Positions 29,990 to 40,265 of a stretch of 64,000 nt of DNA are shown piece after piece. The translations under genes and the position numbers were made by a program. The DNA comes from Actinomycetota bacterium. Lineage in GTDB: Bacteria > Actinomycetota > UBA4738 > JACQTL01. Within the stretch, counting starts at the first letter, position 1. Each line of letters opens with the position of its first letter. The stretch is from assembly GCA_046263085.1 (NCBI GenBank), contig JBHELK010000080.1:6852-70851 (forward strand). The letters run 5' to 3'. A model generated the notes under the pieces. That model was not told the DNA's origin and ran no database searches. It saw nothing but the letters and a program-made list of their open reading frames with translations.

Positions 29990-30334
29990 GTGGACGAGCG
30001 ACCGGGAGAGCCACAGCAGACCAACCGCAGCGACGAGTTCCAGGTCACCGACGTGGTGAAGAGGGCCGGACGGTTCTCGCGCGAGTTCCTGGCGACGATG
30101 ATCGCCCTCGTCACGACGGCCTTCGGCGTGGTCGTGGCCCTCGCCTGGAACACCGCCCTGTCGACGGCGCTCGCACGGTTGTCGAAGAACTCGCAGCTCG
30201 CAGGGCTGTTCAGTTACGCGGTTCTGGTGACGGTCCTCGCCGTCTTCACGGTGATCTTCCTGGGTAGACTTGCCACCCGGATCGGCGCGGAGCCGATCGA
30301 GTTCAAGTACCCGACGCCGCCGAAGAAAGGCTGA
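29990..30334 (+). CDS. Small two-TM membrane protein (DUF5654-like).
   Basis: 114 aa with two hydrophobic helices. Confidence 0.5.
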   Translation: MDERPGEPQQTNRSDEFQVTDVVKRAGRFSREFLATMIALVTTAFGVVVALAWNTALSTALARLSKNSQLAGLFSYAVLVTVLAVFTVIFLGRLATRIGAEPIEFKYPTPPKKG

Positions 30335-30340
30335 CGACGC

Positions 30341-31144
30341 GTGGCCAAGAAGAAGAAGCGCCGCCGGCCATCCGGGCAGCGCCCGGCCCCCGCATCAGCG
30401 ACGGCACCCTCGGAGGCCGGTCCCCAGCCGCAGGCCCGTCCGGCCGCTCCCCCCCGGCGGGCGCCGGAACGACGGGAGCGCAAGGAGGAGGCGCGGCAGG
30501 CCAGGCAGGCGGCGCTTCGCCGCATGCACCGCCAGCGCCTCATCCGTCGCGCCGTGATCTGGGGCGTCGGCCTCGTCGTGGTCATCGGTGCCTACTGGCT
30601 CATCACGAAGCCGCCGAGCTACGACTACAACAAGGCGCTCGCGGCGCGAGCGGACACCGTCGCGGCGGCCGCCGGCTGCACCGGCATCCAGAGCCCGCCC
30701 GACCAGGGACGAGAGCACATCGCATCCGGTGGCTCGTTCACCTACGACCAGCAGCCACCGACCTCGGGCTCGCACGATCCATCGCCGCTGTCCGCGGGCG
30801 CGTACGACACGCCGCAGCAAGAGACGAGGCTCGTGCACAGTCTCGAGCACGGCGCGGTGGAGATCTACTACCAGGCGAGCGGAGCGGACGCGCTGGCCGA
30901 GCCCGTGTTGAACGCCCTGCGTGGACTGGTGCGTGGCAAGGTGATCCTGACGCCGGCCCCGCAGGCCATGTCCCCGCCGCTCGACGGCAAGGACTTCTCG
31001 GTGTCACTGGCGTTCGCGGGCTGGGACCGGCTGCGGCAGTGTCCGGGGTCGATCTCCTCGGACGACGCCACACTCATCGCACGCAGCTTCATCGACCGGT
31101 ACGTGGATGCCCCGAACGCGCCCGAGCGGGGCCGGCCCATCTGA
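30341..31144 (+). CDS. DUF3105 domain membrane-anchored protein.
   Basis: Basic N-terminus, one TM helix, HSLEHGAVEIYY motif typical of DUF3105. Confidence 0.65.
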   Translation: MAKKKKRRRPSGQRPAPASATAPSEAGPQPQARPAAPPRRAPERRERKEEARQARQAALRRMHRQRLIRRAVIWGVGLVVVIGAYWLITKPPSYDYNKALAARADTVAAAAGCTGIQSPPDQGREHIASGGSFTYDQQPPTSGSHDPSPLSAGAYDTPQQETRLVHSLEHGAVEIYYQASGADALAEPVLNALRGLVRGKVILTPAPQAMSPPLDGKDFSVSLAFAGWDRLRQCPGSISSDDATLIARSFIDRYVDAPNAPERGRPI

Positions 31145-31150
31145 CCGAGC

Positions 31151-32887
31151 TCAGGAGCCGCTGGAGTCGGAGCACGCTCCGTCGGCGCTGCAGCTGACCA
31201 CGATCGGGCTTCCCCTGCCCTGGAACGTGGCCTCCGTCTGGCCGTTCTGCTGCGCCGTGACGTCGGTCGTCGGGAAGCCGAGGCGCCCGGAGACCCCGCC
31301 CTGGGCCTGCAGATACGAGAGCACCGCGCCGTGGAGCTCGTGCGCACCGGTCTCGGTGCGAAAGAAGATGACGCCGTTGTCGAAGCTCGCCTTCCGGCAC
31401 TGGGATCGATCGCATCCGGCGGGCGCCGTCAGGATGCCGACGTTCGAACGTGGCAGGCCGAGTACGCCGCGCGCCTCGTCGAGCTGGACGTACTTCGCGT
31501 AGACCTCGCCGGTGAGCCACGTCGTGCGGCCGGCGCCGGTGTTGCGGTAGATCGCGCCGTCCTCGAACCGCTGCACCGATCCCCCGGACAGCGGGAGCTC
31601 CGCCGACGTCGGAAGACCCGGCGCGCAATCCAGCGCGTCGTACTTCACGCGGATCGCCCCGGTCACGTTCTTGTTGGTGTTGATCCAGATGCGGTCGTCC
31701 ATGAGCCCGAGCGCGCTGCGCAGCGTCGACCCGGCGACGGTCTTGCTGCCCCCGGTGCCGGTGACCTTCGCGGTCCGGATCCGGCCGGACACGCCCCGCT
31801 GCACCGATCCGAAACCGGTGACCGTGCCGATGTTGCCGGTGTACGGGCGCAGCTTGGTGGTCACGGCGCTCGCCGCCAGTGACACCTTCCACGTGGCGGC
31901 GGGGTTCGCGGACGTGTAGTCGCCGGGGTCGCAGACCCCTCGCAGGTACGGGATCGGGGTGCCGCCCCACACGTTCTCGTTGTTCTCGGTGAAGCCCCCG
32001 GAGGACGACGTGTACTGCGCGTCGATCAGCTTGCCCTGGTACAGCACGACCTCGCCCGCGGTGGCGTTGACGGCCTGCACCCACTGCTCGCCGCCGTTCT
32101 CGCCCTCGTGGTCCCAACCCGCGTAGACCTGGTTGCGGGTGTCGTCGTAGACGCCGCAGTTGCAGCCGGCCCGCGCCTGGCCCAGCGCGCCGATCAGGTA
32201 CTCGGCGTACGTGCGAGCCGCGTCGGCCTGGGCCTCCATCGCTTCCATCGGCCAGGAGCTCGGCACCTCGCCGAGCCCGTACAGGTACTGCTGGGGCGTG
32301 AGCACCGCGATCATGCGGAGCTCCGGCGCGCACCCGCTGCAGGACGCGGCGTCGTTGAACTCGATCACCCCGCGGTTGTACGTGTGGCCCGCCTCCGCGG
32401 AACGGAGCATGCCGTTCGCCTCCTGATAGGTCGCGTACAGCGTGCTCGAAGCCGTGGTCGCGGCGACCTGCTTGCCGCTGCCGTCCACCACCACGTAGCC
32501 ACCGGTCCCGGTCTTCATCTGATAGGTCGAGCCGGACGGGATGGTGGCGACCGTCGATCCGTTCGGCGCGTCGGCGTGGAGCGTCACGGGGCCGCCGCGC
32601 GCGGCGAGATGCACGGATTGTGCGCCGTCGACGAGCCCCACCCGGATCCTCGCCGGCTCGTGCCCGGCCTTCCCGAGGGTCGTGCCCGTGTAGTAGTGGG
32701 TGAGGATCCGCTCGTGGGTCCACCCCTGCTGCGCGAGGCCGTAGGCCCCCCACTGCGACATCCCGATGCCGTGCCCGAAGCCGGAGCCATAGAACGTGAA
32801 TGTCGGTTCGGCCTGCCCTGAAGCGGCCGGCGCGACTGCGAGCGTGGCGGCGAAAGCGACGATGACGGCGAGTTTTCGTGTCTGCAT
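31151..32887 (-). CDS. SpoIID/LytB-domain secreted protein.
   Basis: Signal peptide and GHGIGMSQWGA motif. Confidence 0.8.
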   Translation of the reverse strand: MQTRKLAVIVAFAATLAVAPAASGQAEPTFTFYGSGFGHGIGMSQWGAYGLAQQGWTHERILTHYYTGTTLGKAGHEPARIRVGLVDGAQSVHLAARGGPVTLHADAPNGSTVATIPSGSTYQMKTGTGGYVVVDGSGKQVAATTASSTLYATYQEANGMLRSAEAGHTYNRGVIEFNDAASCSGCAPELRMIAVLTPQQYLYGLGEVPSSWPMEAMEAQADAARTYAEYLIGALGQARAGCNCGVYDDTRNQVYAGWDHEGENGGEQWVQAVNATAGEVVLYQGKLIDAQYTSSSGGFTENNENVWGGTPIPYLRGVCDPGDYTSANPAATWKVSLAASAVTTKLRPYTGNIGTVTGFGSVQRGVSGRIRTAKVTGTGGSKTVAGSTLRSALGLMDDRIWINTNKNVTGAIRVKYDALDCAPGLPTSAELPLSGGSVQRFEDGAIYRNTGAGRTTWLTGEVYAKYVQLDEARGVLGLPRSNVGILTAPAGCDRSQCRKASFDNGVIFFRTETGAHELHGAVLSYLQAQGGVSGRLGFPTTDVTAQQNGQTEATFQGRGSPIVVSCSADGACSDSSGS

Positions 32888-32972
32888 GACCCTGCCGGTT
32901 CGGGGAAGTGCGGCAACCTAGCACATCGACCTGTTGGCGCTGAGGCTTGAGTTGCCTTCTGAGACGAACGGA

Positions 32973-33989
32973 CTAGGCCGGTGCCGGGTGCCCGGGCGCC
33001 ACCTGTTCCTGCAGGATACGGGCCCTTTCCGGGATCCGTGCCCCGGCCCCCACCACGGAGTCCAGGACGACCGATCCCCTGCCCACGTGGGCGCTCGCCG
33101 CGATGATCGACCGGGCGATCTCGGCGTTCTCCTCGACCCGCACGCCCTCGTGGAGCACGCTCCGGTCGATGTCCGCCCCGGCCGCCACCCGAGCCCCGTC
33201 ACCGATCACGACGAGCCGGCCGAGCTTGGCGTCCGGGTCGACCATGGCCGAGGAGGCCACGTACGGAGCGTCGGAGCGCAGGCCCGCCACGTGGCCCTCG
33301 AGCGCGTCGAAGTGCGCCTGTAGGTACCGCTCGGGGGTCCCGAGGTCCATCCAGTAGGCGTCGGACGGGGATGCGTACACGGTTTCGCCGCGCTCGATCA
33401 GCGCGGGGTAGACCTCGCGCTCGATGGAGAGCATCCGTCCGGGCTCCCACCCATCCAGCGCGCGGGGCTCGAGCACGTACGTGCCGGCGTTGATGTTGCC
33501 GCCGACGACCTCCGACGGCTTCTCGCGGAACTCGAGAACCCTGCCGTCGGTCTCCGTCTCCACCAGCCCGTAGGGGCGGGCGTCCTCGACGGGCGTGAGC
33601 GCGATGGTTGCCACGGCGGCGCGCTCGCGATGGAACGACACCAGCGCCGTGAGATCGAGGTCGGTCAGGACGTCGCCGTTGAGCACGAGGAACGCCTCAT
33701 CGCCGAGGTGCCTGAGCGCGTTGACGATGGCCCCGGCCGTGCCGAGGGGCTCGGCCTCGGTGATCCAGGTCACCGTGGGATCGCCGCGGCGCTCGGCGAG
33801 GAACGGGCCGAACGTCGCCTCGAGGTACGGCGAGGATGCGACGACCTCGTGCACGCCGTGTGCGCCGAGGTGATCGAGCACCTGGTGCAGGAACGCCCGG
33901 TCCACGAGCGGAAGCAGCGGCTTCGGCGTGGTCTCGGTGAGCGGACGCAGGCGGGTCCCCTCCCCGCCCACGAGCACGACGGCTCTCAC
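32973..33989 (-). CDS. manC: Mannose-1-phosphate guanylyltransferase (NTP-transferase domain plus left-handed beta-helix).
   Basis: GTG start at 33989 (VRAVVLVGGEGTRLRPLT). Its start overlaps the wbbL stop (GTGA). Confidence 0.85.
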   Translation of the reverse strand: MRAVVLVGGEGTRLRPLTETTPKPLLPLVDRAFLHQVLDHLGAHGVHEVVASSPYLEATFGPFLAERRGDPTVTWITEAEPLGTAGAIVNALRHLGDEAFLVLNGDVLTDLDLTALVSFHRERAAVATIALTPVEDARPYGLVETETDGRVLEFREKPSEVVGGNINAGTYVLEPRALDGWEPGRMLSIEREVYPALIERGETVYASPSDAYWMDLGTPERYLQAHFDALEGHVAGLRSDAPYVASSAMVDPDAKLGRLVVIGDGARVAAGADIDRSVLHEGVRVEENAEIARSIIAASAHVGRGSVVLDSVVGAGARIPERARILQEQVAPGHPAPA

Positions 33990-34837
33990 GTGGCGCGCCT
34001 CCGCCGGATCACGAGCTCCGCCCGCGCTCGGAGCGCGACCCGGGCGAATGGGAGCAGCACACGTTTCCATCCGGCGGCGTGGTGCTTTTCGAAGTACCGG
34101 TAGATCGACTCGGAGTGCACGCGGATCATCCGCTTGGAGTTTCCGGTGGAGACGCCGCGCTCGTGGGTCACCTCGAGCTCCGGGGTGAACAGCACCGCCC
34201 ACCCGGCCCGCCTGAGGCGCGTGCACAGGTCGGCGTCCTCCGCGTACATGAAGTAGCCCTCGTCGAACAGCCCGACCTCCTCGAGCGCGGCGCGCCGCAG
34301 CAGCACGCACGAACCGCTGACCCACGACACCTCGAGCTCCGACTGCCGGTCCCAGTCGGCCATGGTGTAGGCGCGCGAGAAGCGGTTGTCCGGATCGAAG
34401 GGATGGAGGAACGCGTGCCCGACAGCCTCCGCGATCGTCGGAACCTTCCGGGCCGAGGGATACAGCGATCCGTCGGAGTCGCGGACGAGCGGCCCGATCG
34501 CGGCCGCACGGGGCCGGTCGCCCGCAAGCTTGATCAATCTCGACAGGGTGCCCGCGCTGATCTCGGCGTCGGGGTTCAGCACGAAGAGGTACGGAGCGAC
34601 CGCGGCGCGGATCCCCTGGTTGGCCGCGGAGGCGAAGCCCCGGTTGTCCTGGTTCTGGATGAGCGTGACGGAGGGGTGCGCCTCGCGGATGCGCTCGATG
34701 CTCCCGTCGCGCGACGCGTTGTCAACGACGACCACCTCGACCTCGGCCTCGCCGGCGTGCGTGACCAGCGACTCCACACAGCGAAGGAGATGCTCGCCCG
34801 CGTTGTAGTTGACGATGACGACGCCGAGATCGGACAC
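33986..34837 (-). CDS. wbbL: GT2 rhamnosyltransferase, WbbL-like.
   Basis: VVIVNYNAGEHL...VVVVDNASRDGS...YAEDADLC motifs. The GTG start at 34837 is inferred. Synteny with manC and rmlD matches mycobacteria. Confidence 0.75.
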   Translation of the reverse strand: MSDLGVVIVNYNAGEHLLRCVESLVTHAGEAEVEVVVVDNASRDGSIERIREAHPSVTLIQNQDNRGFASAANQGIRAAVAPYLFVLNPDAEISAGTLSRLIKLAGDRPRAAAIGPLVRDSDGSLYPSARKVPTIAEAVGHAFLHPFDPDNRFSRAYTMADWDRQSELEVSWVSGSCVLLRRAALEEVGLFDEGYFMYAEDADLCTRLRRAGWAVLFTPELEVTHERGVSTGNSKRMIRVHSESIYRYFEKHHAAGWKRVLLPFARVALRARAELVIRRRRAT

Positions 34838-34845
34838 GCCGACGC

Positions 34846-35289
34846 CTAGGTGCTGCCAGGCCCGCCGTGGGGCGTCCGCGACACCAGGATGATGCCGGCG
34901 ATGATGAGGGCCACGCCGCCCCACCGGAGCGCGCTCACGGCCTCGCCGCGGGCGGTGTCGTAGGCCACGATGACGGCGTAGGTGAGAGCCGCGAACGGGT
35001 AGGCGAAGGACAGCGCCGTCCGGGACAGCACGGCCAGCCACACGAACGCGGACATGGCGAACAGCCCGAGGCCGGCCCACACGGCGGGGGTCCGGGCCAC
35101 GACCTTCAGTGAGGCGACGTCCAGGCGGAACGCGTGTCCGGAGCGGTGGAAGACCTGGTTCATCCCGTGCTTCAGGGTGATCTGCGCGATCGATGCCAGC
35201 GCGACCGACGCGATGATCAAGGCGAACAGCATGAGTCGGCTCTCCTTCGTGACGTGGGTGTCCTCGATGTCCCAGTCGTGCCTGCTCAT
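34846..35289 (-). CDS. Small four-TM membrane protein (EamA/SMR-like half transporter).
   Basis: 147 aa, four hydrophobic helices. Its ATG overlaps the GT4 stop (ATGA). Confidence 0.6.
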   Translation of the reverse strand: MSRHDWDIEDTHVTKESRLMLFALIIASVALASIAQITLKHGMNQVFHRSGHAFRLDVASLKVVARTPAVWAGLGLFAMSAFVWLAVLSRTALSFAYPFAALTYAVIVAYDTARGEAVSALRWGGVALIIAGIILVSRTPHGGPGST

Positions 35290-36269
35290 CGAGCGGCCAC
35301 CACTCGATCCATGAGGAGCTGCACGAGCTCCCGGTCGGTCCGGAACACGACGTCGTCCGCTCCCGCCTGCTCGGCCAGCCCGCCGACGTCCGCCACCGCG
35401 GCCGGTGTCCCGAGTCGCTGGGCGCGTGCCAGCGCACCGGAGGACCAGGAGCGACGGTACGGCAGGATCAGCAGATCTGCGGCGGCGATCCACGCGTCGA
35501 AGTCCTCGTCGGAGACGAAGTCCTCGATGAGATCCAGACGTTCTGTTGCGGCCGCGAGCTCCCGCAGGAGGCGGGCGTAGGCGGTGTTGTCGGGCGTCGC
35601 GTCGCGGACAGACCCGAGGATCACGAGCCGGCCGGGCATCCCGGCCATGTTCCAGGCCTCCACCGCACGCTCGTACCCCTTCGACGGCTGCAGGAAGCCG
35701 GCGCAGAGATACAGGGGCTCGTCGAAGGACAACCCCAACGCGCGGCGGGCGTCCTGGCGCGAGATCGCTCCGACCCGCACGCCCTCCGTGTGCGGAACCA
35801 GCGAGCCGTGCACCCGGACGCGATACGCGTGCTCGAGCTGTCGCCGCTCGATCTCCGTGTGGAACAGGAGGCGAGCCCGGGCGAAGGCGAGACGAAGCAA
35901 CGCGTAGTCGGGGCGCCACAACGTGGGTCGGTCCGCCTCGTGGACCAGGATCTCCGTCTGCGGCCGGCGACGGACGAGGCGCAGCAGCGAGATCGACGTG
36001 GCGATCTTCGACGCGGCCGCTCGCGGCAGGTAGTACAGCGATGGCTGGAAGTGCACGAGGATGCGATCGAAGCGGTCCCCGATGCGCGCGGCCTCCCGGA
36101 ACGCCCGCCCGCCCAGGAACTCGGCCCGGACGTCCCCGGCGCCGTCGGGAGGCGACAGGACGGTGACCTCGTCTCCCGCATCGCGGAGCGACTGCACCTG
36201 CGCGCGGGCGTACGCGCCGATGCCGCAGTGCCGAGGCGGGTAGGAGGACACCACCAGGACCCTCGCCAT
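35286..36269 (-). CDS. GT4-family glycosyltransferase.
   Basis: 327 aa with a GT-B fold and the E-x7-E region (EDFVSDEDFDAWIAAADLLILPYR). Confidence 0.75.
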   Translation of the reverse strand: MARVLVVSSYPPRHCGIGAYARAQVQSLRDAGDEVTVLSPPDGAGDVRAEFLGGRAFREAARIGDRFDRILVHFQPSLYYLPRAAASKIATSISLLRLVRRRPQTEILVHEADRPTLWRPDYALLRLAFARARLLFHTEIERRQLEHAYRVRVHGSLVPHTEGVRVGAISRQDARRALGLSFDEPLYLCAGFLQPSKGYERAVEAWNMAGMPGRLVILGSVRDATPDNTAYARLLRELAAATERLDLIEDFVSDEDFDAWIAAADLLILPYRRSWSSGALARAQRLGTPAAVADVGGLAEQAGADDVVFRTDRELVQLLMDRVVAAR

Positions 36270-37454
36270 CTACAGGTCCTCCGCCTCGACGTCGACCGGG
36301 ATGAAGACCTCCCCGGGGTCCTCGGCGCCGTGGTGGACCTCGAAGGAGTAGCGCTGCTCCTGCACGTGGTACACGCGGCTGGAATCCTTCGAGTGCACGC
36401 CGATCGTGACCCAGAACTTGCCGCGGACGAACGGGAGGTTCCGCAGGTGGAAGCGCAGTCGCTTCTTGCCCTCGAACGGCGTGAAGTGCATGCCCTTCCA
36501 GTCGGTGTTCGTGCCGAAGATGAGCCGGTTGTCCTGATCGTGCAGCGCGAAGGAGACGATGGGGTCGTCCACCGGGTGCTGGGCCTTGAGATCGACCTGG
36601 ATCGTGAGGGTCTCCCCCGAGGTGACCTCGCCGCCGGACGTGCCGTCCTCGCGGATCAGCTCGGCCGAGATGATCTCGATCTCCCTCGTGCCCTCCTCGG
36701 AGGCATAGGCCAGGTCCTCCTTGAGCATGGCCAGCCGGAACTGCCGGACGACGTCCTCGGGGTTGCCGGCCGACACGATCGCGCCGTGGTCGAGCATCAC
36801 GGCGTCGTCGCAGATCTGCCGCACCAAGTCGACGGCGTGCGTCACGAACATGATCGTTCGCCCCTCGCGCTGGAACTGCCGGACCCGGTCGAGACACTTG
36901 CGCTGGAAACCCTCGTCCCCGACGGCGAGGACCTCGTCCACGAGCAGGATCTGGGGATCGACGTGCACGGCGACCGCGAATCCGAGCCGCACGAACATGC
37001 CGCTCGAGTAGAACTTGACCTGATTGTCGATGAAGTCCTCGAGCTCCGCGAAGGCCACGATCTCGTCGAACTTGTCGTCGATCTCCTTGCGCGACAGGCC
37101 GAGGATGGAGCCGTTGAGGTAGACGTTCTCGCGTCCCGTGAGCTCCGGGTGGAACCCCGCGCCGAGCTCGAGCAGGGCCGCGATGCGGCCTCGGGTCACC
37201 ACGCGCCCCTCCGTGGGGCGCAGGATGCCGGCCACGATCTTCAACAGTGTGGTCTTCCCCGACCCGTTCGGGCCGATCAGGCCGAAGGTCGATCCCTCAG
37301 GGATCTCGATGTCGATCCCCTTCAGGGCCCAGAACTCCTCCGACCGCACGCGGAACCGCGTGACACGCTGCTTGAGCGACGTGGGACGTTCGCGATAACG
37401 CCGGAACTTCTTGCCGATCCCTTCGATGCTGATCGGGGACGAGTGGGAGGCCAC
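36270..37454 (-). CDS. wzt: ABC-2 polysaccharide exporter ATP-binding protein Wzt with an extra C-terminal domain of about 150 aa.
   Basis: Walker A GPNGSGKTT, ABC signature YSSGM, Walker B LLVDE, plus a C-terminal beta-rich extension. The start is placed at the GTG at 37454 to avoid overlap with wzm; the track ORF extends to 37529. Confidence 0.85.
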   Translation of the reverse strand: MASHSSPISIEGIGKKFRRYRERPTSLKQRVTRFRVRSEEFWALKGIDIEIPEGSTFGLIGPNGSGKTTLLKIVAGILRPTEGRVVTRGRIAALLELGAGFHPELTGRENVYLNGSILGLSRKEIDDKFDEIVAFAELEDFIDNQVKFYSSGMFVRLGFAVAVHVDPQILLVDEVLAVGDEGFQRKCLDRVRQFQREGRTIMFVTHAVDLVRQICDDAVMLDHGAIVSAGNPEDVVRQFRLAMLKEDLAYASEEGTREIEIISAELIREDGTSGGEVTSGETLTIQVDLKAQHPVDDPIVSFALHDQDNRLIFGTNTDWKGMHFTPFEGKKRLRFHLRNLPFVRGKFWVTIGVHSKDSSRVYHVQEQRYSFEVHHGAEDPGEVFIPVDVEAEDL

Positions 37455-37461
37455 GGACTCC

Positions 37462-38385
37462 TCAGAGCTCCTCTGCGAAATCCCCGGAGAGCTTGAAGAA
37501 CTGCCGCCAGAAGAGATAGAGCAGGCCAACGGAGCCCACGGCGACCGCCCCGATCACCATGGCCTCCCACGCCACGCCGGCGTGGACGAGCTGGCACGGA
37601 TGCGTTCCGGTGATGTGGGCCGGGCACCGCTCCTTACCGTAGATCGCTCGCTGGAACCCGAAGATGATGTCGCCCATCGGGTTCGCCAGGTACAGGAGCC
37701 ACAGCCACTCCCCCTGGTGCTGCAGACGCTCCTGGAGGAAGCCGCTCGCGTAGACGATGGGCGTGAACCAGAACCAGGTCAGAAGCCCGATGTTCAGAAG
37801 GTGCTGCGTGTCGCGGTACCGCACGTTCAGCGCGCCGACCCACAGGGAGAGCGCGCACGTGAACAGGAGCAGCGCGACGAGCGAGAGCGGCAGAAGCAGC
37901 AGGTTCCAGCCGACCACGCCGTACCGCAGCCCGGCCAGGAACAGCGCCAGGACGATGGCCTGCAGCATGAAGTCGAACAGCGAAGCGCCGACGGAGGCGA
38001 GCGGGAGGATCTCGCGCGGCAGGTAGACCTTCTTGACGAGGTTCGCGTTGTCGACCACCGACCGGGCGGAGAGGCTGAGCGAGGTCGACAGCATGTTCCA
38101 GGCCAGGATCCCCGACAGCAGGTAGACGGGGAAGTACGGCAGCTTGTTCTGGAGGACGACGCCGAACACCAGCGTGAACACGGCCAGGAACAGCAATGGG
38201 TTGAGCATCGACCACGCCGCGCCGAGCACCGAGCTCGTGTACTTGACCTTGATCTCTTTGCGCACGAGGTTCATCAGGATCTCGCGATGCTGGTAGAGCT
38301 CCTTCAGCCGCCGCCACGGGTTGGGGCGGGCCTCCTCCGAGGTCCGAACCTCGAGCTCGGGATGCGCGTCAGTGACCGCGGCCAT
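37462..38385 (-). CDS. wzm: ABC-2 type polysaccharide exporter permease Wzm.
   Basis: 307 aa, six TM helices, ABC2_membrane signature. Confidence 0.85.
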   Translation of the reverse strand: MAAVTDAHPELEVRTSEEARPNPWRRLKELYQHREILMNLVRKEIKVKYTSSVLGAAWSMLNPLLFLAVFTLVFGVVLQNKLPYFPVYLLSGILAWNMLSTSLSLSARSVVDNANLVKKVYLPREILPLASVGASLFDFMLQAIVLALFLAGLRYGVVGWNLLLLPLSLVALLLFTCALSLWVGALNVRYRDTQHLLNIGLLTWFWFTPIVYASGFLQERLQHQGEWLWLLYLANPMGDIIFGFQRAIYGKERCPAHITGTHPCQLVHAGVAWEAMVIGAVAVGSVGLLYLFWRQFFKLSGDFAEEL

Positions 38386-39208
38386 CGAGCATCTCCTTCA
38401 GCGCGACGTCGAACGGCGGCATCGGGGCCAGGCCGAGCTCCTTCGTGAACAGACTGACCATGGAGGAGTTACCGGGGCGAGCCGCGGGCCGGGCCAGCTC
38501 CTCGCTGGTCTGCGTTCGGACCTCACCCGGGAGGCCGGCGATGGAGCGGGCCCGGGCCAGCACGTCGTGCCAGCTCCCGGACTCGGACCCGCAGACGTGA
38601 TAGGTGCCGAAGCGCTCCGTGAGCACGAGCGGCAGGATGCGCGCCGCGAGGTGGCGCACGAACGTGGGTGACCCGACGCGGTCGACGAGCCCACCGGCAG
38701 CCTCGCCCCGCTCCAGCGCGGCGATGGCCTGGGTGACGTAGTCGGTGCCGCCGCCGAACACGTAGCTCGTGCGGACCACGAAGTGCTCGGGGAGCATCGC
38801 GCGCACCTTGCTCTCTCCCGCGAGCTTGCTGCGGCCGTACGCCGAGACGGGGTTCGGGCGGTCCATCTCGTCGTACGCCGTGCCCTTCTCGCCGTCGAAG
38901 ACGTAGTCGGTCGAGACGTGCAGGAGGATCGCTCCGCACGCGCGCGCGGCCAGAGCCAGGCTGTGCGGGCCGAGCCCGTTGACCCGGTAGGCCTGCTCGG
39001 GATCGAGCTCGCAGCCGTCCACCGCCGTCATGGCCCCGAAGTGCAGCACGGCGTCGGGCTTCAACGCGGGCACCGCGCCCATCACGGCGCCATGGTCGGC
39101 AACGTCGAGCTCCGTGCGGGTCAGCGGGACCACGTCGTGACCCGCGGGGACCTGTTCGAGGAACGCCCGACCGAGCCCGCCGCCTGCTCCCGTGACCACG
39201 AGCTTCAC
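38369..39208 (-). CDS. rmlD: dTDP-4-dehydrorhamnose reductase.
   Basis: GTG start (VKLVVTGAGGGLG Rossmann motif), YxxxK motif. Confidence 0.85.
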   Translation of the reverse strand: MKLVVTGAGGGLGRAFLEQVPAGHDVVPLTRTELDVADHGAVMGAVPALKPDAVLHFGAMTAVDGCELDPEQAYRVNGLGPHSLALAARACGAILLHVSTDYVFDGEKGTAYDEMDRPNPVSAYGRSKLAGESKVRAMLPEHFVVRTSYVFGGGTDYVTQAIAALERGEAAGGLVDRVGSPTFVRHLAARILPLVLTERFGTYHVCGSESGSWHDVLARARSIAGLPGEVRTQTSEELARPAARPGNSSMVSLFTKELGLAPMPPFDVALKEMLDGRGH

Positions 39209-40173
39209 GTCGCGGCTCCCTGGTTCGACGGCGTGCGCGCCCGGAACCAGTCGACGGTCCGGGCGAGGCCGTCGTCGAAGGAGACCTCGGGCTTCCAGCC
39301 CAGCGCGGCGAGCCGGTCCCACTGCAGCGAGTAGCGGAAGTCGTGTCCTGGACGATCGGGGACGAACTCGATCAACGTCTCCGGCGCGCCGGCAAGGCGG
39401 CACACCATCCGCGCGAGATCGATGTTCGCGATCTCGTGGCCGCCGCCGATGTTGTACGCCCCGCCCGGCAGCCCGGCGTCGAACGCCGCCAGGACGCCGT
39501 GGGCGAAGTCGCGGACGAACAGCCATTCGCGGCGGTTTCCGCCGTCGCCGTACACGGGGAGCGGGTGCCCGTCCAGTGCCCTCAGCACGAACGTGGGGAT
39601 GGCCTTCTCGGGATGTTGCCGCGGGCCGTACGCATTGGATCCCCGAACGATGGTCACGGGCACCCCGTACGTCACGTGATAGGCCCGGCACAGGAGATCC
39701 CCGCCGGCCTTGGTCGCCGCGTACGGGCTGTTCGGACGCATCGTGCTCTCCTCGGTGAACGAGCCGTCGGCGGTGGAGCCGTACACCTCGTCGGTCGACA
39801 CGTACAGCAACGGGCGCTCCGCCCGACGGCAGGCCTCGAGCACGACGTGGGTGCCGACCACGTTCGACATCACGAAGTCGCTGGCGTCGTGGATGCTGCG
39901 GTCGACGAAGGACTCCGCCGCTGCATGGATCACGCTGTCCGCCTCCTCGACCAGCGGCAGCACCGCGGCCGGGTCGGCCACGTCGCCCCGGACGAACCGG
40001 AAGCGGTCGTCGCCCTGATGCTGTTCGACGTTGGCGAGGTTGCCCGCATAAGTCAGCTTGTCCAGGACGGTGACGCGGACATCGGGACGCTCGAGGAGAA
40101 GGTCGGCGAGATGCGACCCGATGAACCCGGCTCCGCCGGTCAGCACAATGTGCATGGATGTCATAGATGCCAA
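39205..40173 (-). CDS. rmlB: dTDP-glucose 4,6-dehydratase.
   Basis: VLTGGAGFIGSH Rossmann motif, YAATK catalytic motif. 322 aa. Confidence 0.92.
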   Translation of the reverse strand: MASMTSMHIVLTGGAGFIGSHLADLLLERPDVRVTVLDKLTYAGNLANVEQHQGDDRFRFVRGDVADPAAVLPLVEEADSVIHAAAESFVDRSIHDASDFVMSNVVGTHVVLEACRRAERPLLYVSTDEVYGSTADGSFTEESTMRPNSPYAATKAGGDLLCRAYHVTYGVPVTIVRGSNAYGPRQHPEKAIPTFVLRALDGHPLPVYGDGGNRREWLFVRDFAHGVLAAFDAGLPGGAYNIGGGHEIANIDLARMVCRLAGAPETLIEFVPDRPGHDFRYSLQWDRLAALGWKPEVSFDDGLARTVDWFRARTPSNQGAAT

Positions 40174-40265
40174 GCCCGGGTGAGGTCGTGAACCGCCTGC
40201 GAGGGGCAGTCTAGCAGCGGGAACGCGCCGACCTTGGGAGCGGCGGCGCGCCGGCGCTGTTACCC

